64,000 nt of DNA from Candidatus Pacearchaeota archaeon CG10_big_fil_rev_8_21_14_0_10_34_76 (GTDB lineage Archaea; Nanobdellota; Nanobdellia; Pacearchaeales; GW2011-AR1), in the NCBI GenBank assembly GCA_002763075.1, contig PFDB01000015.1:5747-69746 (forward strand), written 5' to 3'. Position 1 is the stretch's first letter, and each line of letters opens with the position of its first letter. The notes beneath the pieces were generated by a model. The model was not told where the DNA came from and made no database searches. It saw nothing but the letters and a program-made list of their open reading frames with translations. Shown here one piece after another: positions 35,944 through 44,469 of this stretch. A program made the translations under genes and the position numbers.

Positions 35944-36501
35944 ATGAAGATTGAGGTGAATATAAGCAAGCGTTATGCTTTCATGATTCTTGGTGCTATT
36001 TTGCTGGTTGGAGGAATATTTATGGTGAATGCAATTACTCCGAATCCAGGACACGATGCTAGCAGTGTGGGTCCAGGAACATTTTCTGGGATATCTAGCG
36101 ATACTTGGAGTTTTCCTGGAGGAGTTAACGCGAAAAATATCAGCGTTGAGGATATTTGTATAGGAGAGGGTTTGGGATATGATTGCATGACAAGAGTTCC
36201 TAAGAGGTCTTACCTTGAACATGGCTCAAATTACTACGACTTCAACTCTATAGACCTCACAACTGGAAGCCAGTTAGACGTTCAGTTAGATATAGGTAAT
36301 GCATATAATTCCTTTTGTGCATTACAACAAATGCAAATCTGGGGGGACGATTCTCAGCCTGTTGGATGTCAAATATATTCTCCTGATGGCGATTGGCAGA
36401 CCGGAGAGATCTATTTACATGCTTATAGGGGCAATATAAATCAAAAGGTATTTTGTGCTGCAAATTGTATAAGAAATATGCCTCCGATTGGTGTAGGTTA
36501 A
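35944..36501 (+). CDS. Secreted small protein, tandem paralog B
   Basis: YAFMILGAILLVGGIFMVNA. Then PGHDASSVGPGTFSGISSDTWSFPG. C-terminus FCALQQMQIW...GCQIYSPDG...LHAYRGNINQKVFCAANC. Confidence 0.7.
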   Translation: MKIEVNISKRYAFMILGAILLVGGIFMVNAITPNPGHDASSVGPGTFSGISSDTWSFPGGVNAKNISVEDICIGEGLGYDCMTRVPKRSYLEHGSNYYDFNSIDLTTGSQLDVQLDIGNAYNSFCALQQMQIWGDDSQPVGCQIYSPDGDWQTGEIYLHAYRGNINQKVFCAANCIRNMPPIGVG

Positions 36502-36544
36502 ATTAATTAAAACAATTTAAAAACGTCTTAGTCTTCTATGTAGT

Positions 36545-37870
36545 ATGTCAATAAAGAGTGTGCTTAAAGATGAGCTTGAGTGTATTATTCCTGATGAAAA
36601 GATTGTAAAACAAGCAAAGGACTTTTCTAAATTGTTTATCCAAGAATTAAACAAAGAACTTGGGGGTGAGGGGCTTGAGGTGCAAATATTCGTTGGAGGA
36701 AGTTTTGCAAAGAATACTTTTTTGAAGAAAGATAAATATGATGTGGATGTTTATGTGAGGTTTGATTGGAAATATGACAATATATCTAAATTACTAGAGA
36801 AATCATTGAAAAGATTGTGCGATGCTAAAGAATTGAAGTATGAAAGCTTGCATGGGAGTAGAGATTATTTTAGGGTTTTTCCAAGTAAAGAGGGGAATGG
36901 ATTTTATATTGAATTGATACCTGTTACAAAGATAAGAAACCCTAGAGAAGCAAGAAATGTGACTGATTTGAGCTATTTTCACGTCTCTTATCTGAAGAGG
37001 AAAGCCAAGGGTTTAGAAAATGAAATAAGACTTGCTAAAAGATTTATGCAAGCTCAGAATGTTTATGGGGCTGAGAGTTATGTTCATGGGTTTTCTGGTT
37101 ATGCTATTGAATGTCTTATCATACACTATAAGAGTTTTGAAAAAATGCTTAAGGAGCTTGTGAAAGTAAAGCATGGGGAAAGATTAGTTATTGATATTGA
37201 GAAACATTATAAGAGAAAAAATGATGTTTTTTTTGAACTTAATGAGAGTAAATTACATAGCCCTGTAATTATCGTAGATCCCACGTTTAAAGAGAGAAAT
37301 GCTCTCGCTTCCCTTAATAGGGAGAGTTTTAAAAAATTCCAGGAATCTGCTGAAAAATTCTTGAAAAATCCTGATAAGAGTTATTTTATTGAAAAGTCCT
37401 TAGATTTAGATTCATTAGAGATGAAATCTAAAAAAAATAATTCTGAATATTTGAGAGTTCTTTTGAGAACAGATAGACAAAAAGGAGATATAGCTGGGAC
37501 TAAGTTAAAAAAATTTCATTATTTCCTTGAAGAAGAATTAAAAAGATATTTTGAGATAATAGAACATCATTTTGTGTATAATGAAGATAAAGGACAAAGA
37601 GCTGAGGTTCATATTATCTTAAAACCCAAGAAGGAAATTATAATGATTGGGCCCCCTGTAAATCCAAAAGATAGTAAGAAAAAAATAAGGTATATGGAGA
37701 AACACGTTGAGGCTTTCAAAAGAGCACATAAAGATGTTTTTAAGAAAAATGGATTTTGGCATGCTAGAGAAAAAGTCAATTTTAACGGAAAAGGATTTTT
37801 AACTAATTGGGTCAAAAATAACGGGGATAAAATGAAAGAGATGGGTGTGACTGAGTTAAAGGTGGATTAG
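36545..37870 (+). CDS. cca: CCA-adding tRNA nucleotidyltransferase (archaeal class I)
   Basis: VGGSFAKNTFLKKDKYDVDVYVRF (nucleotidyltransferase G-S...D.D motif) and RLAKRFMQAQNVYGAESYVHGFSGYAIECLIIHY. Consistent with the tRNA at 111..184 lacking an encoded CCA. Confidence 0.88.
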   Translation: MSIKSVLKDELECIIPDEKIVKQAKDFSKLFIQELNKELGGEGLEVQIFVGGSFAKNTFLKKDKYDVDVYVRFDWKYDNISKLLEKSLKRLCDAKELKYESLHGSRDYFRVFPSKEGNGFYIELIPVTKIRNPREARNVTDLSYFHVSYLKRKAKGLENEIRLAKRFMQAQNVYGAESYVHGFSGYAIECLIIHYKSFEKMLKELVKVKHGERLVIDIEKHYKRKNDVFFELNESKLHSPVIIVDPTFKERNALASLNRESFKKFQESAEKFLKNPDKSYFIEKSLDLDSLEMKSKKNNSEYLRVLLRTDRQKGDIAGTKLKKFHYFLEEELKRYFEIIEHHFVYNEDKGQRAEVHIILKPKKEIIMIGPPVNPKDSKKKIRYMEKHVEAFKRAHKDVFKKNGFWHAREKVNFNGKGFLTNWVKNNGDKMKEMGVTELKVD

Positions 37871-38643
37871 TATCCTAAGTGTTTCTCATACATTCCTGCA
37901 AGGGATTTAGAAAAGAATGGGGTGTTTAACCATATTGCCACTTCTTCATCAGCAGTTTCTTGATTTATCATGAATAGAACTTCTTTTTTATCTGCAATGT
38001 ATAACCTTCCTGGATGATCTGCATGCTTTGCTTTTAGATTGAATTTTGAGTTCAATTTTTTTACTCTTTCTGGTTCTCCTGAGAGTGCTATCTTAACCTT
38101 AATATTATCTTTATTCAATCTATCAATCACAGGCAAGAGAACTCTTGATTTATCTTCAAAATCCCCTATAGAAGTGTAAATGAAAACTTCTTTTTCTGCA
38201 CTGTCTGCTAGCTCTTTTATTTTTGTCATGATATTCTGCCTTCCCCTCATGAATCCTGAAATTTCTTCTGATTTTATTGGTGATATTCCTGTCTTGTATA
38301 ATTGTTGAAGTTCAGTAAATTCTTTTGTATCATTCAAGTTAGCAAGAGTCTTTACTTTTTCTTGAGCGTCATTGAAAACATTTGATTTCATTTTCTCTAA
38401 AACCTGTTCTGGTCTTACTGCAATATATTTTATTGGCTTTCCTACCTTAACAACTGCAAATCCTCTTTTTGCTAAAGATTCAAGGACATCATAGGTTCTT
38501 GAACGAGGAACTCCTGAGAGTTCTGCTGTCTCTCCTGCAGAAACAATGCCTTTTGAAAGCAATGCCAACCAGACTTTAGTCTCATAGATATTCAGATCAA
38601 AGTAGTCTTTGATTTTTCTTACTAGTTCTTGATTTACTATCAT
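37867..38643 (-). CDS. TrmB-family transcriptional regulator
   Basis: N-terminal winged HTH: YETKVWLALLSKGIVSAGETAELSGVPRSRTYDVLESLAKRGFAV. Has a 4-nt convergent overlap with cca. Confidence 0.85.
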   Translation of the reverse strand: MIVNQELVRKIKDYFDLNIYETKVWLALLSKGIVSAGETAELSGVPRSRTYDVLESLAKRGFAVVKVGKPIKYIAVRPEQVLEKMKSNVFNDAQEKVKTLANLNDTKEFTELQQLYKTGISPIKSEEISGFMRGRQNIMTKIKELADSAEKEVFIYTSIGDFEDKSRVLLPVIDRLNKDNIKVKIALSGEPERVKKLNSKFNLKAKHADHPGRLYIADKKEVLFMINQETADEEVAIWLNTPFFSKSLAGMYEKHLGY

Positions 38644-38748
38644 GTAAAGGTGATAAATAACGGGTATTTAAATGTTTTGGTTTTGTTGTGACTTAAGGGT
38701 GACATTATAAATGAAAGATTTAAAAAGGGGGATTGACAGAGCTAAATT

Positions 38749-39216
38749 ATGACAGAAGAAAATGAAAGACGAGTGTATGAGGGATTTGCCTTTGGTACTA
38801 GAGGGAGAGAACCCACAGAATTAGAGAGAAGTCTAGGAGACATTCAAATAAGAATAAATGACCTTCCAGAAGCTTTAAGGGCAAATGAAGGTTGGTTCGT
38901 TGAAGTGCGTTTGGGAGATAAACCCTATGCTGGTGTTATTCGAGGTATGACGCAAGATGGAGGGTATGTGATTAAGCCAACAATTCATAGAACTCCCCTG
39001 TCTTTAGTATCTGACGACAAAATACCTCAAATGGAAAAATCTGTTTGGTTGGATGAGGCTGAAATAGCTTATGGTCCATTGATTAATATTACTAGAACAA
39101 GCAGAGAAGTTTTAGATGCAATGGGAATGGGTTTTGATTCTGTCAGACACCTAGGAAAATACTTCACAATTGCAAATAGATTAGAAAATCCAATAAACAA
39201 CACCGAGAGCGACTAA
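38749..39216 (+). CDS. Hypothetical protein
   Basis: 155-aa ORF whose composition is less Lys/Ile/Asn-biased than its neighbours. The 3' end overlaps the convergent presenilin-like gene by 36 nt. Confidence 0.5.
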   Translation: MTEENERRVYEGFAFGTRGREPTELERSLGDIQIRINDLPEALRANEGWFVEVRLGDKPYAGVIRGMTQDGGYVIKPTIHRTPLSLVSDDKIPQMEKSVWLDEAEIAYGPLINITRTSREVLDAMGMGFDSVRHLGKYFTIANRLENPINNTESD

Positions 39217-40116
39217 ACAACCTGCGGATATGAATGGCATTGCAGGATAGAACTTGCCTTTTTCTGAATAATAAAATAGGATTGATAATGCTATTGTTGC
39301 CCCTATTGAAATCAAGATTGCTGCAAAGACTCCGAATGCTGCCAATACTACTCCTGCGAGGATTATAGGGAAGACAACATCTCCTCCTCCAAGGATTGCT
39401 ACATTCACCCCGATTTTCTTTCCTTTTTTAGATTTAGATTTTGAAAGTTTTGATTTTTTCAATAATTCCTTATCTTTTTTGCTCATATATGGCACAAAGA
39501 ATCCTGAGAATACACGGACTTTTTCTATTTGGTATTTTGCCATTTTCTGCATAAATCCTGCATGCCATACTGCATAGATGTCATATACAGATATGAATAA
39601 TAGCAATATGACAACAGTCCATACATTGAGAAGAGGTATGAAAACAGTAGCAATTCCAGGATAAATTAACATTTCTGTAAAATTGTGCACTATGATATTC
39701 CTTTGGAAAACTTTTATTATTGCAAATGGAAGGGCTATAATCAATGCGATATATGCAGAATTTGGAATTTTAATAAAGAAAGCATTTAATGCTAGAGAGA
39801 GACCTATAGTAACTACAACAAAGAACCATAATCTTAGGAATATTTCTGCTCGAATTTTCATCAAAGCGAATATCAACAAGACTGCTATGGCTATTGCAAT
39901 CAATATTGAAATGACTGTCGTTCCAGGTGTTGTTCCTTCAGGAGGATTGAAGCCATAAGGAAGATTATATACTTTTTCGGTTTCTACTAAACCAGTAGTT
40001 TGGTTTGTATATTGGACAATTTCTGGAGCGTATGCATTAGCAACAAAAATACCTATGAGCTGGGCTATAAAGAACATAGAAATTAAGATGAGGATTATTT
40101 TTATTTGATATTTCAT
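39181..40116 (-). CDS. Presenilin/signal-peptide-peptidase-type intramembrane aspartyl protease (archaeal PSH)
   Basis: Polytopic protein. YD motif (FISVYDIYAVWH), GxGD motif (AILGGGDVVFPI), PAL-like motif (YPAMPFISAG). Started at ATG 40116 (MKYQIKIILI...) rather than track 40167, because the extension MDRESCSRGPRTRRGCR runs into a GC-rich non-coding-looking block. Confidence 0.85.
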   Translation of the reverse strand: MKYQIKIILILISMFFIAQLIGIFVANAYAPEIVQYTNQTTGLVETEKVYNLPYGFNPPEGTTPGTTVISILIAIAIAVLLIFALMKIRAEIFLRLWFFVVVTIGLSLALNAFFIKIPNSAYIALIIALPFAIIKVFQRNIIVHNFTEMLIYPGIATVFIPLLNVWTVVILLLFISVYDIYAVWHAGFMQKMAKYQIEKVRVFSGFFVPYMSKKDKELLKKSKLSKSKSKKGKKIGVNVAILGGGDVVFPIILAGVVLAAFGVFAAILISIGATIALSILFYYSEKGKFYPAMPFISAGCLVALGVVYWIF

Positions 40117-40250
40117 TCTACAACCTCTCCGGGTTCTAGGTCCACGAGAGCAGGACTCTCGGTCCATCCAACTCTTGCGAGTTGTATGAGTCCAGGTGAA
40201 ACAGCCAAGGACACCTCTCCGGGTGTATTTGACATTGAGGGCCTCTCTTT
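40117..40250 (-). ncRNA. Candidate structured RNA or structured 5' leader of the presenilin-like gene (class unknown)
   Basis: GC-rich island in an AT-rich intergenic region. On the minus strand: GNRA hairpin CAACUC-GCAA-GAGUUG (40169-40184) enclosed by GGACUC/GAGUCC (40153-58 / 40188-93). A competing hairpin CGAGAG-UCCUG-CUCUCG sits at 40145-40161. A 12-nt direct repeat is at 40123-34 and 40213-24. Confidence 0.35.
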
Positions 40251-40312
40251 TAATTTAATGAAGAACATTATTTATTGTAGGTTTACAGCTTTTTAAGTCT
40301 TAGCAATTTGAA

Positions 40313-42193
40313 TTACTTTAGTCTAATTGTCTCGAGGTTTCTTGGGACTATTGTCTCTATATGACTTTGTTTATATAATGTTGAAGCAAGATCAAGAGAT
40401 TTAGATTGCTCTCCGTGATTGATTATTATCTTCTTTGGGCGAGGATTCATCCTGCTCACAAACTGTAAAAGTTCATTTCTTCCTGAGTGTGCAGATAAAC
40501 CATTTAAAGTCTCAACGCGCATTTTGACTGCAATTTTTTCTCCGTCTACATCTACAACATTATTTCCTTCCTGAACCTGTTTCCCTAAAGATGAGGGAGC
40601 TTGATAACATCCAAAAACAATCATGTTGTTTGGATTATCTGCAAGATTTTTGAAATATTCAACAGAAGCCCCTCCAACAAGCATTCCAGATGTGGCTATT
40701 ATAATACATGGGCCTCCTTCAATAACCAGCTTTCTTTCTGCAGGGGAACCCACTCTTTGGAATATTTCTGATGTGAATGGATTATTATCTTGGAATATCT
40801 GGCTTCTTACACTTGCACTCAGAAAATCAGGGTATGCAGTATGGATTGCATTAATGTCCCAGACCATTCCGTCTATATATACTGGAATTTTTGGCAACTC
40901 TCCTTTCCTTACAGCTTCTTCTACTCTTAAGACTGTTTCTTGAGCATGACCAAGTCCTAACTCTGGAAGTAATATTTTTCCATTCTTTTCTATGGTTTCT
41001 CTTGCCATTGCAAGGAACTTGTCTTCAGTCTCTTTTCTTGGGGGAAGAACGTCTGCTTTTGAACCATAAGTTGATTCAAGAGTTATTGTTTCTACACGAG
41101 GATAATGATTTACTGCAGGATCCAACAATCTTGTCCTTCTATAATTTGTGTCTGCAGTATATACAAAATTGTGCAATCCATTTCCTATATTTATATGCAC
41201 GACTGCTGAGCCTAAAACATGACCTGCATTGTAAAATGTTATTCTAATATCTGGAGTGATGTCTGAGACTTCTCCGTAATTCAGACAGATTGAATGCTTT
41301 ACCATTTCCTTTATGTCTTCTGCCCTGTACAATGGAGATGCTGCCTGCTTGTAAGCGACACCCACAAAATCTAATGCAAGAAGAGCTGAAATATCTCTAG
41401 TTGGGGGAGTCATATAAACTGGGCCTTTATAACCCATTTTGTATAAATAAGGAATAAGTGCAGAATGATCTGTATGGGCGTGAGATAGAACAATAGCATC
41501 TATGGAATTAAGATCCCCTACTTCTGCTACATCCATATATGGAAATCTTTCGGCACCTTCTGCTATTCCTGGGTTTATCCCGCAGTCTAGAAGAACCTTT
41601 GATTTAGGGGTTTGTAGAAGAAGACAGGAGCGACCAACTTGCCTTCCGCTTCCTAAATAAGTAACTCTAACCCACATGTCCATTTTCTCTGGACTCCAAT
41701 CATCATATATTTTTTTCCCTATGTCATTAAGGAATTTTTTTCTATAACTATTATTTGCATAAAGAACTGACCTAATCTTTTCAGTTATCTTGGAATGTAT
41801 TGCAGGACTTCTCTGTACAGTGGGAGTCCACATAGTTGAACCTTTTATATCTCCCAGAATAGATCCTTGTTTTCCAATCACAAGGCCTGGCTTTTTAGCT
41901 TCAATAACTACTGTGCTTCTTTGTACATCAAAGATAATATTCTCTATTTGTGCTTCTTGGGGTACGAGCTCCCTTATAGTTTTCTCTGTTTCCTCCTCTG
42001 AAGCAAGAATTTTTTGATCTGCACGAAGTTCTATTCTTTTCTTTATCTTATCTACAACTTGTTTTATTTGTGATTCTCCTGTTCGAAAGAAATCTTTTTC
42101 ATCTGTGTAAAGAACTATATTTGCTCCTTCAAAAATTGCATCACTTATTACTTTTGGTAATTCTTCTTTAATACTTTTCAAAATATCGGGCAT
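40313..42193 (-). CDS. aCPSF1 (KH-KH-metallo-beta-lactamase/beta-CASP ribonuclease; archaeal transcription termination factor FttA family)
   Basis: 626 aa. N-terminal KH (VIEAKKPGLVIGKQGSILGDI), HxHxDH motif (LSHAHTDHSALIPYL), beta-CASP C-terminal region ending in ...INHGE. Confidence 0.92.
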   Translation of the reverse strand: MPDILKSIKEELPKVISDAIFEGANIVLYTDEKDFFRTGESQIKQVVDKIKKRIELRADQKILASEEETEKTIRELVPQEAQIENIIFDVQRSTVVIEAKKPGLVIGKQGSILGDIKGSTMWTPTVQRSPAIHSKITEKIRSVLYANNSYRKKFLNDIGKKIYDDWSPEKMDMWVRVTYLGSGRQVGRSCLLLQTPKSKVLLDCGINPGIAEGAERFPYMDVAEVGDLNSIDAIVLSHAHTDHSALIPYLYKMGYKGPVYMTPPTRDISALLALDFVGVAYKQAASPLYRAEDIKEMVKHSICLNYGEVSDITPDIRITFYNAGHVLGSAVVHINIGNGLHNFVYTADTNYRRTRLLDPAVNHYPRVETITLESTYGSKADVLPPRKETEDKFLAMARETIEKNGKILLPELGLGHAQETVLRVEEAVRKGELPKIPVYIDGMVWDINAIHTAYPDFLSASVRSQIFQDNNPFTSEIFQRVGSPAERKLVIEGGPCIIIATSGMLVGGASVEYFKNLADNPNNMIVFGCYQAPSSLGKQVQEGNNVVDVDGEKIAVKMRVETLNGLSAHSGRNELLQFVSRMNPRPKKIIINHGEQSKSLDLASTLYKQSHIETIVPRNLETIRLK

Positions 42194-42205
42194 TTTAAAT
42201 AATTA

Positions 42206-42859
42206 TTAACTATAGGTAGGAATTATCTCTTGGGATACTACGTGGTTAACTCCGTCTTTAGTTATTGTGAAAACATCTATTCCATTTCCTGAGCCAACAT
42301 CTCTTTGGGTTGAAGATTTCAAGGCCTCAACAGCTAAGTCTACACCTTGTTGAATTGTCATGTCCTTTTTCCATTGTCTCTCTAAAAGACCCAGAACGAA
42401 AGGCATTCCAGATGAAAAGTTGGCATCATAATCGTCCACAGGGTACACTCCGCCTGCAGGTTCTACAGTATATAATTCTGTAACCCCATCATCATTTACC
42501 CCTCCTACAAGCATTCCAACAATGCTAGGGATCATTGAAGGAGTTCTAATATTCCTGTAAGTCATCATGCCGAAAAGAGACGCTGCTTCTCTAACACTTG
42601 GGCGAATTTTTGTCTTAAGTTCCTTAAGTTTTAGCTCTGCTCCGAATACTCTCTGACTTAAATCAATATCTGAAGCAACTCCTGTGCCTGCTACTACAAT
42701 ATAATCATTTATATTGATGACTTTTTTTGATCTTTTTGACATAACTAGATTTCCTGCAGTTGATCTCCTATCCCCTGCTATAACTATTCCTTCCTTGCAC
42801 ACAATTCCAAGTATGCTTGTACCCGACTTCATTATATTATCGCTAAGATTATCTTTCAT
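42206..42859 (-). CDS. psmB: Proteasome subunit beta
   Basis: Propeptide then G|TSILGIVCKEGIVIAGDRRSTAG, with the active-site Thr after Gly. Confidence 0.92.
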   Translation of the reverse strand: MKDNLSDNIMKSGTSILGIVCKEGIVIAGDRRSTAGNLVMSKRSKKVININDYIVVAGTGVASDIDLSQRVFGAELKLKELKTKIRPSVREAASLFGMMTYRNIRTPSMIPSIVGMLVGGVNDDGVTELYTVEPAGGVYPVDDYDANFSSGMPFVLGLLERQWKKDMTIQQGVDLAVEALKSSTQRDVGSGNGIDVFTITKDGVNHVVSQEIIPTYS

Positions 42860-43004
42860 TAGAACTAAGAACCTCCAAGGTATCTTATGAGATAGTTACA
42901 TGGCAGGCATTTATAAGTTTTTTGGTAGTATGGAGTTGTCGGAATTATTGAGTATAAACAGGTGATAAATGGGTTCAAGTCTGGAGTTGATCATGCTTTT
43001 ATGA

Positions 43005-43649
43005 TCAAGATAAATATCTAAGCCTAAATTTTTCTGCTTTTTCAAAAGCAATTAGCAATGCTGAGTAATAATCATTTTCTTCACTAAGGTATTTTTTTAA
43101 TGCATTCGGTGTTAACCACTTAAATTCTAGAACCTCTCCATCCTTAAAATCCAGATCTGTCTCTGATGTTAAGATGAGACCAAATCCGACCCATTCATTA
43201 TTTATTAAATCTTGATAGTGAAATCTCTCGCAGATATAACCTATCGAACCACTCAAATTTTTTGCTGCATCTAGAAACTCGTTAAGGGAATAAAAATTTT
43301 TAACCTCCAGACCAATTTCTTCATCTGCTTCCTTTGCTAAATTCTCCTCAAATAATAATGGTTCGTATTCTCCCTCTCGTTTTTCATATGGGTTGTGCCC
43401 TGCAACACCCATGTCCCATTTTGGGTTATGGTTCCCGTCATGTTTTTTTGGTTGTTTTAGCTGTAATCCATATTTTTTCAGAAAAGGATTATATACCATG
43501 GCCCACGTACTATAGTGGGTTAGTCTTGGCCGAATATTTTTCTCGTGAGCATATATTTTAGAAATTGGGCCGATTATGGTTCCATCTTTCTTACAATTGA
43601 TTATATATTCTATCTTGTCATCTAGATCATTTCCATTTATATCTTTCAT
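43005..43649 (-). CDS. NUDIX-family hydrolase (IDI-type-1-like layout)
   Basis: Nudix-box-like GHNPYEKREGEYEPLLFEENLAKEADEEIGLEV. Confidence 0.6.
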   Translation of the reverse strand: MKDINGNDLDDKIEYIINCKKDGTIIGPISKIYAHEKNIRPRLTHYSTWAMVYNPFLKKYGLQLKQPKKHDGNHNPKWDMGVAGHNPYEKREGEYEPLLFEENLAKEADEEIGLEVKNFYSLNEFLDAAKNLSGSIGYICERFHYQDLINNEWVGFGLILTSETDLDFKDGEVLEFKWLTPNALKKYLSEENDYYSALLIAFEKAEKFRLRYLS

Positions 43650-44422
43650 TTGCTTAAAGGTTTAGATAGATTGTCAATCCATTTTAGGAATATATCCTTA
43701 ATCTCATCCAATTGTTCGGGAGTCCTGAAAGTATGCTCTGCTCCTTTTATAATATGAAATTCTTTCTGAGATTTAAGAGCGTTGTATAATATCTTATGAT
43801 GTTCTACAGGGGTTGAATCATCGTTCTCTCCAACTATCAACAAAACGGGAACCCTTATCTTATCTACTTCCCTCAACACATCATATTTCAACCTATCCTC
43901 CATATGACTCCATTTAAGTCTCTTAGTTCTCCCGGAATGTCCTACCCAAGTTTTCATTCCCTCTCTTCTCCATTTCTCCAGACTGTCAGATTTTTTATTC
44001 TGAAAACTTAGTTCTCCAGAAATTACTGTAGATATTGGTGCTAAGGCCATGATTTTATCTGGAAATTTTTGGGCATATAGAAGAACGCAAATTCCCCCTA
44101 CACTGTGTCCAGCCAATATAAATGGTTCCTTATACCATTCTTGATTTTTAGACCAAGAAATTATATCTTCTAAATCTGCATAATAGTTAGTTATTGTTGC
44201 ATCCTCTAAATTTCCATCACTTTCTCCATGAGTATTTGTTGTATCGAAGCTGATTACATTATACCCTCTTTCCTTGAATGCATTTATCATAACCATGATG
44301 TGAGGTTGTTCCTTGTTCCCACTTAAACCATGCATTACAAATACAAGACCTCGTGGATTCTTATTCGTTTCCACTAAAACTGAAATCCTTCTCCCATCGC
44401 GATTTTCTATGAAATGTTTCAT
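43646..44422 (-). CDS. Alpha/beta-fold hydrolase
   Basis: Nucleophile elbow GHSVGG, HG oxyanion motif (FVMHGLSG), C-terminal GAEHTF. Track start 44440 is GTG; ATG at 44422 (MKHFIENRDG). Confidence 0.8.
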   Translation of the reverse strand: MKHFIENRDGRRISVLVETNKNPRGLVFVMHGLSGNKEQPHIMVMINAFKERGYNVISFDTTNTHGESDGNLEDATITNYYADLEDIISWSKNQEWYKEPFILAGHSVGGICVLLYAQKFPDKIMALAPISTVISGELSFQNKKSDSLEKWRREGMKTWVGHSGRTKRLKWSHMEDRLKYDVLREVDKIRVPVLLIVGENDDSTPVEHHKILYNALKSQKEFHIIKGAEHTFRTPEQLDEIKDIFLKWIDNLSKPLSK

Positions 44423-44469
44423 TTTTAACTCTAAATGCACTTGGGATTTCTGTTTAATAAATTTTATCC

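Noticed and set aside
35391-36501. Diversity-generating retroelement target (variable C-terminal lectin-like region with a template repeat).
   Set aside because: There is no reverse transcriptase in the window. The two C-terminal regions are only distantly similar at nucleotide level, so there is no near-identical TR/VR pair with adenine-specific mismatches.
40117-40250. Possible 5S rRNA. The length is right (~130 nt), and the minus-strand CACCUGGACUCAU resembles the CACCCGGACUCAU segment of archaeal 5S.
   Set aside because: The ends do not pair to form helix I; they are direct repeats, not complementary. No loop-E / GAAC...AGUA-type elements were found, and the rest does not align with 5S sequences I remember. 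It is kept only as an unclassified structured element.
40105-40296. The 63-aa plus-strand ORF, and the 17-aa N-terminal extension (MDRESCSRGPRTRRGCR, 40117-40167) of the presenilin-like ORF.
   Set aside because: Both lie entirely in the GC-rich structured block. Their Arg/Ser/Pro/Gly-rich composition is unlike every real protein in the window. A normal ATG with a GGAGAGG sequence upstream exists at 40116.
42960-42995. T-loop-like GGGTTCAAGTCTGG suggesting a tRNA or tRNA fragment.
   Set aside because: The flanking bases cannot form T-stem, acceptor or anticodon arms, and the region is not GC-enriched like the true tRNA at 111..184.
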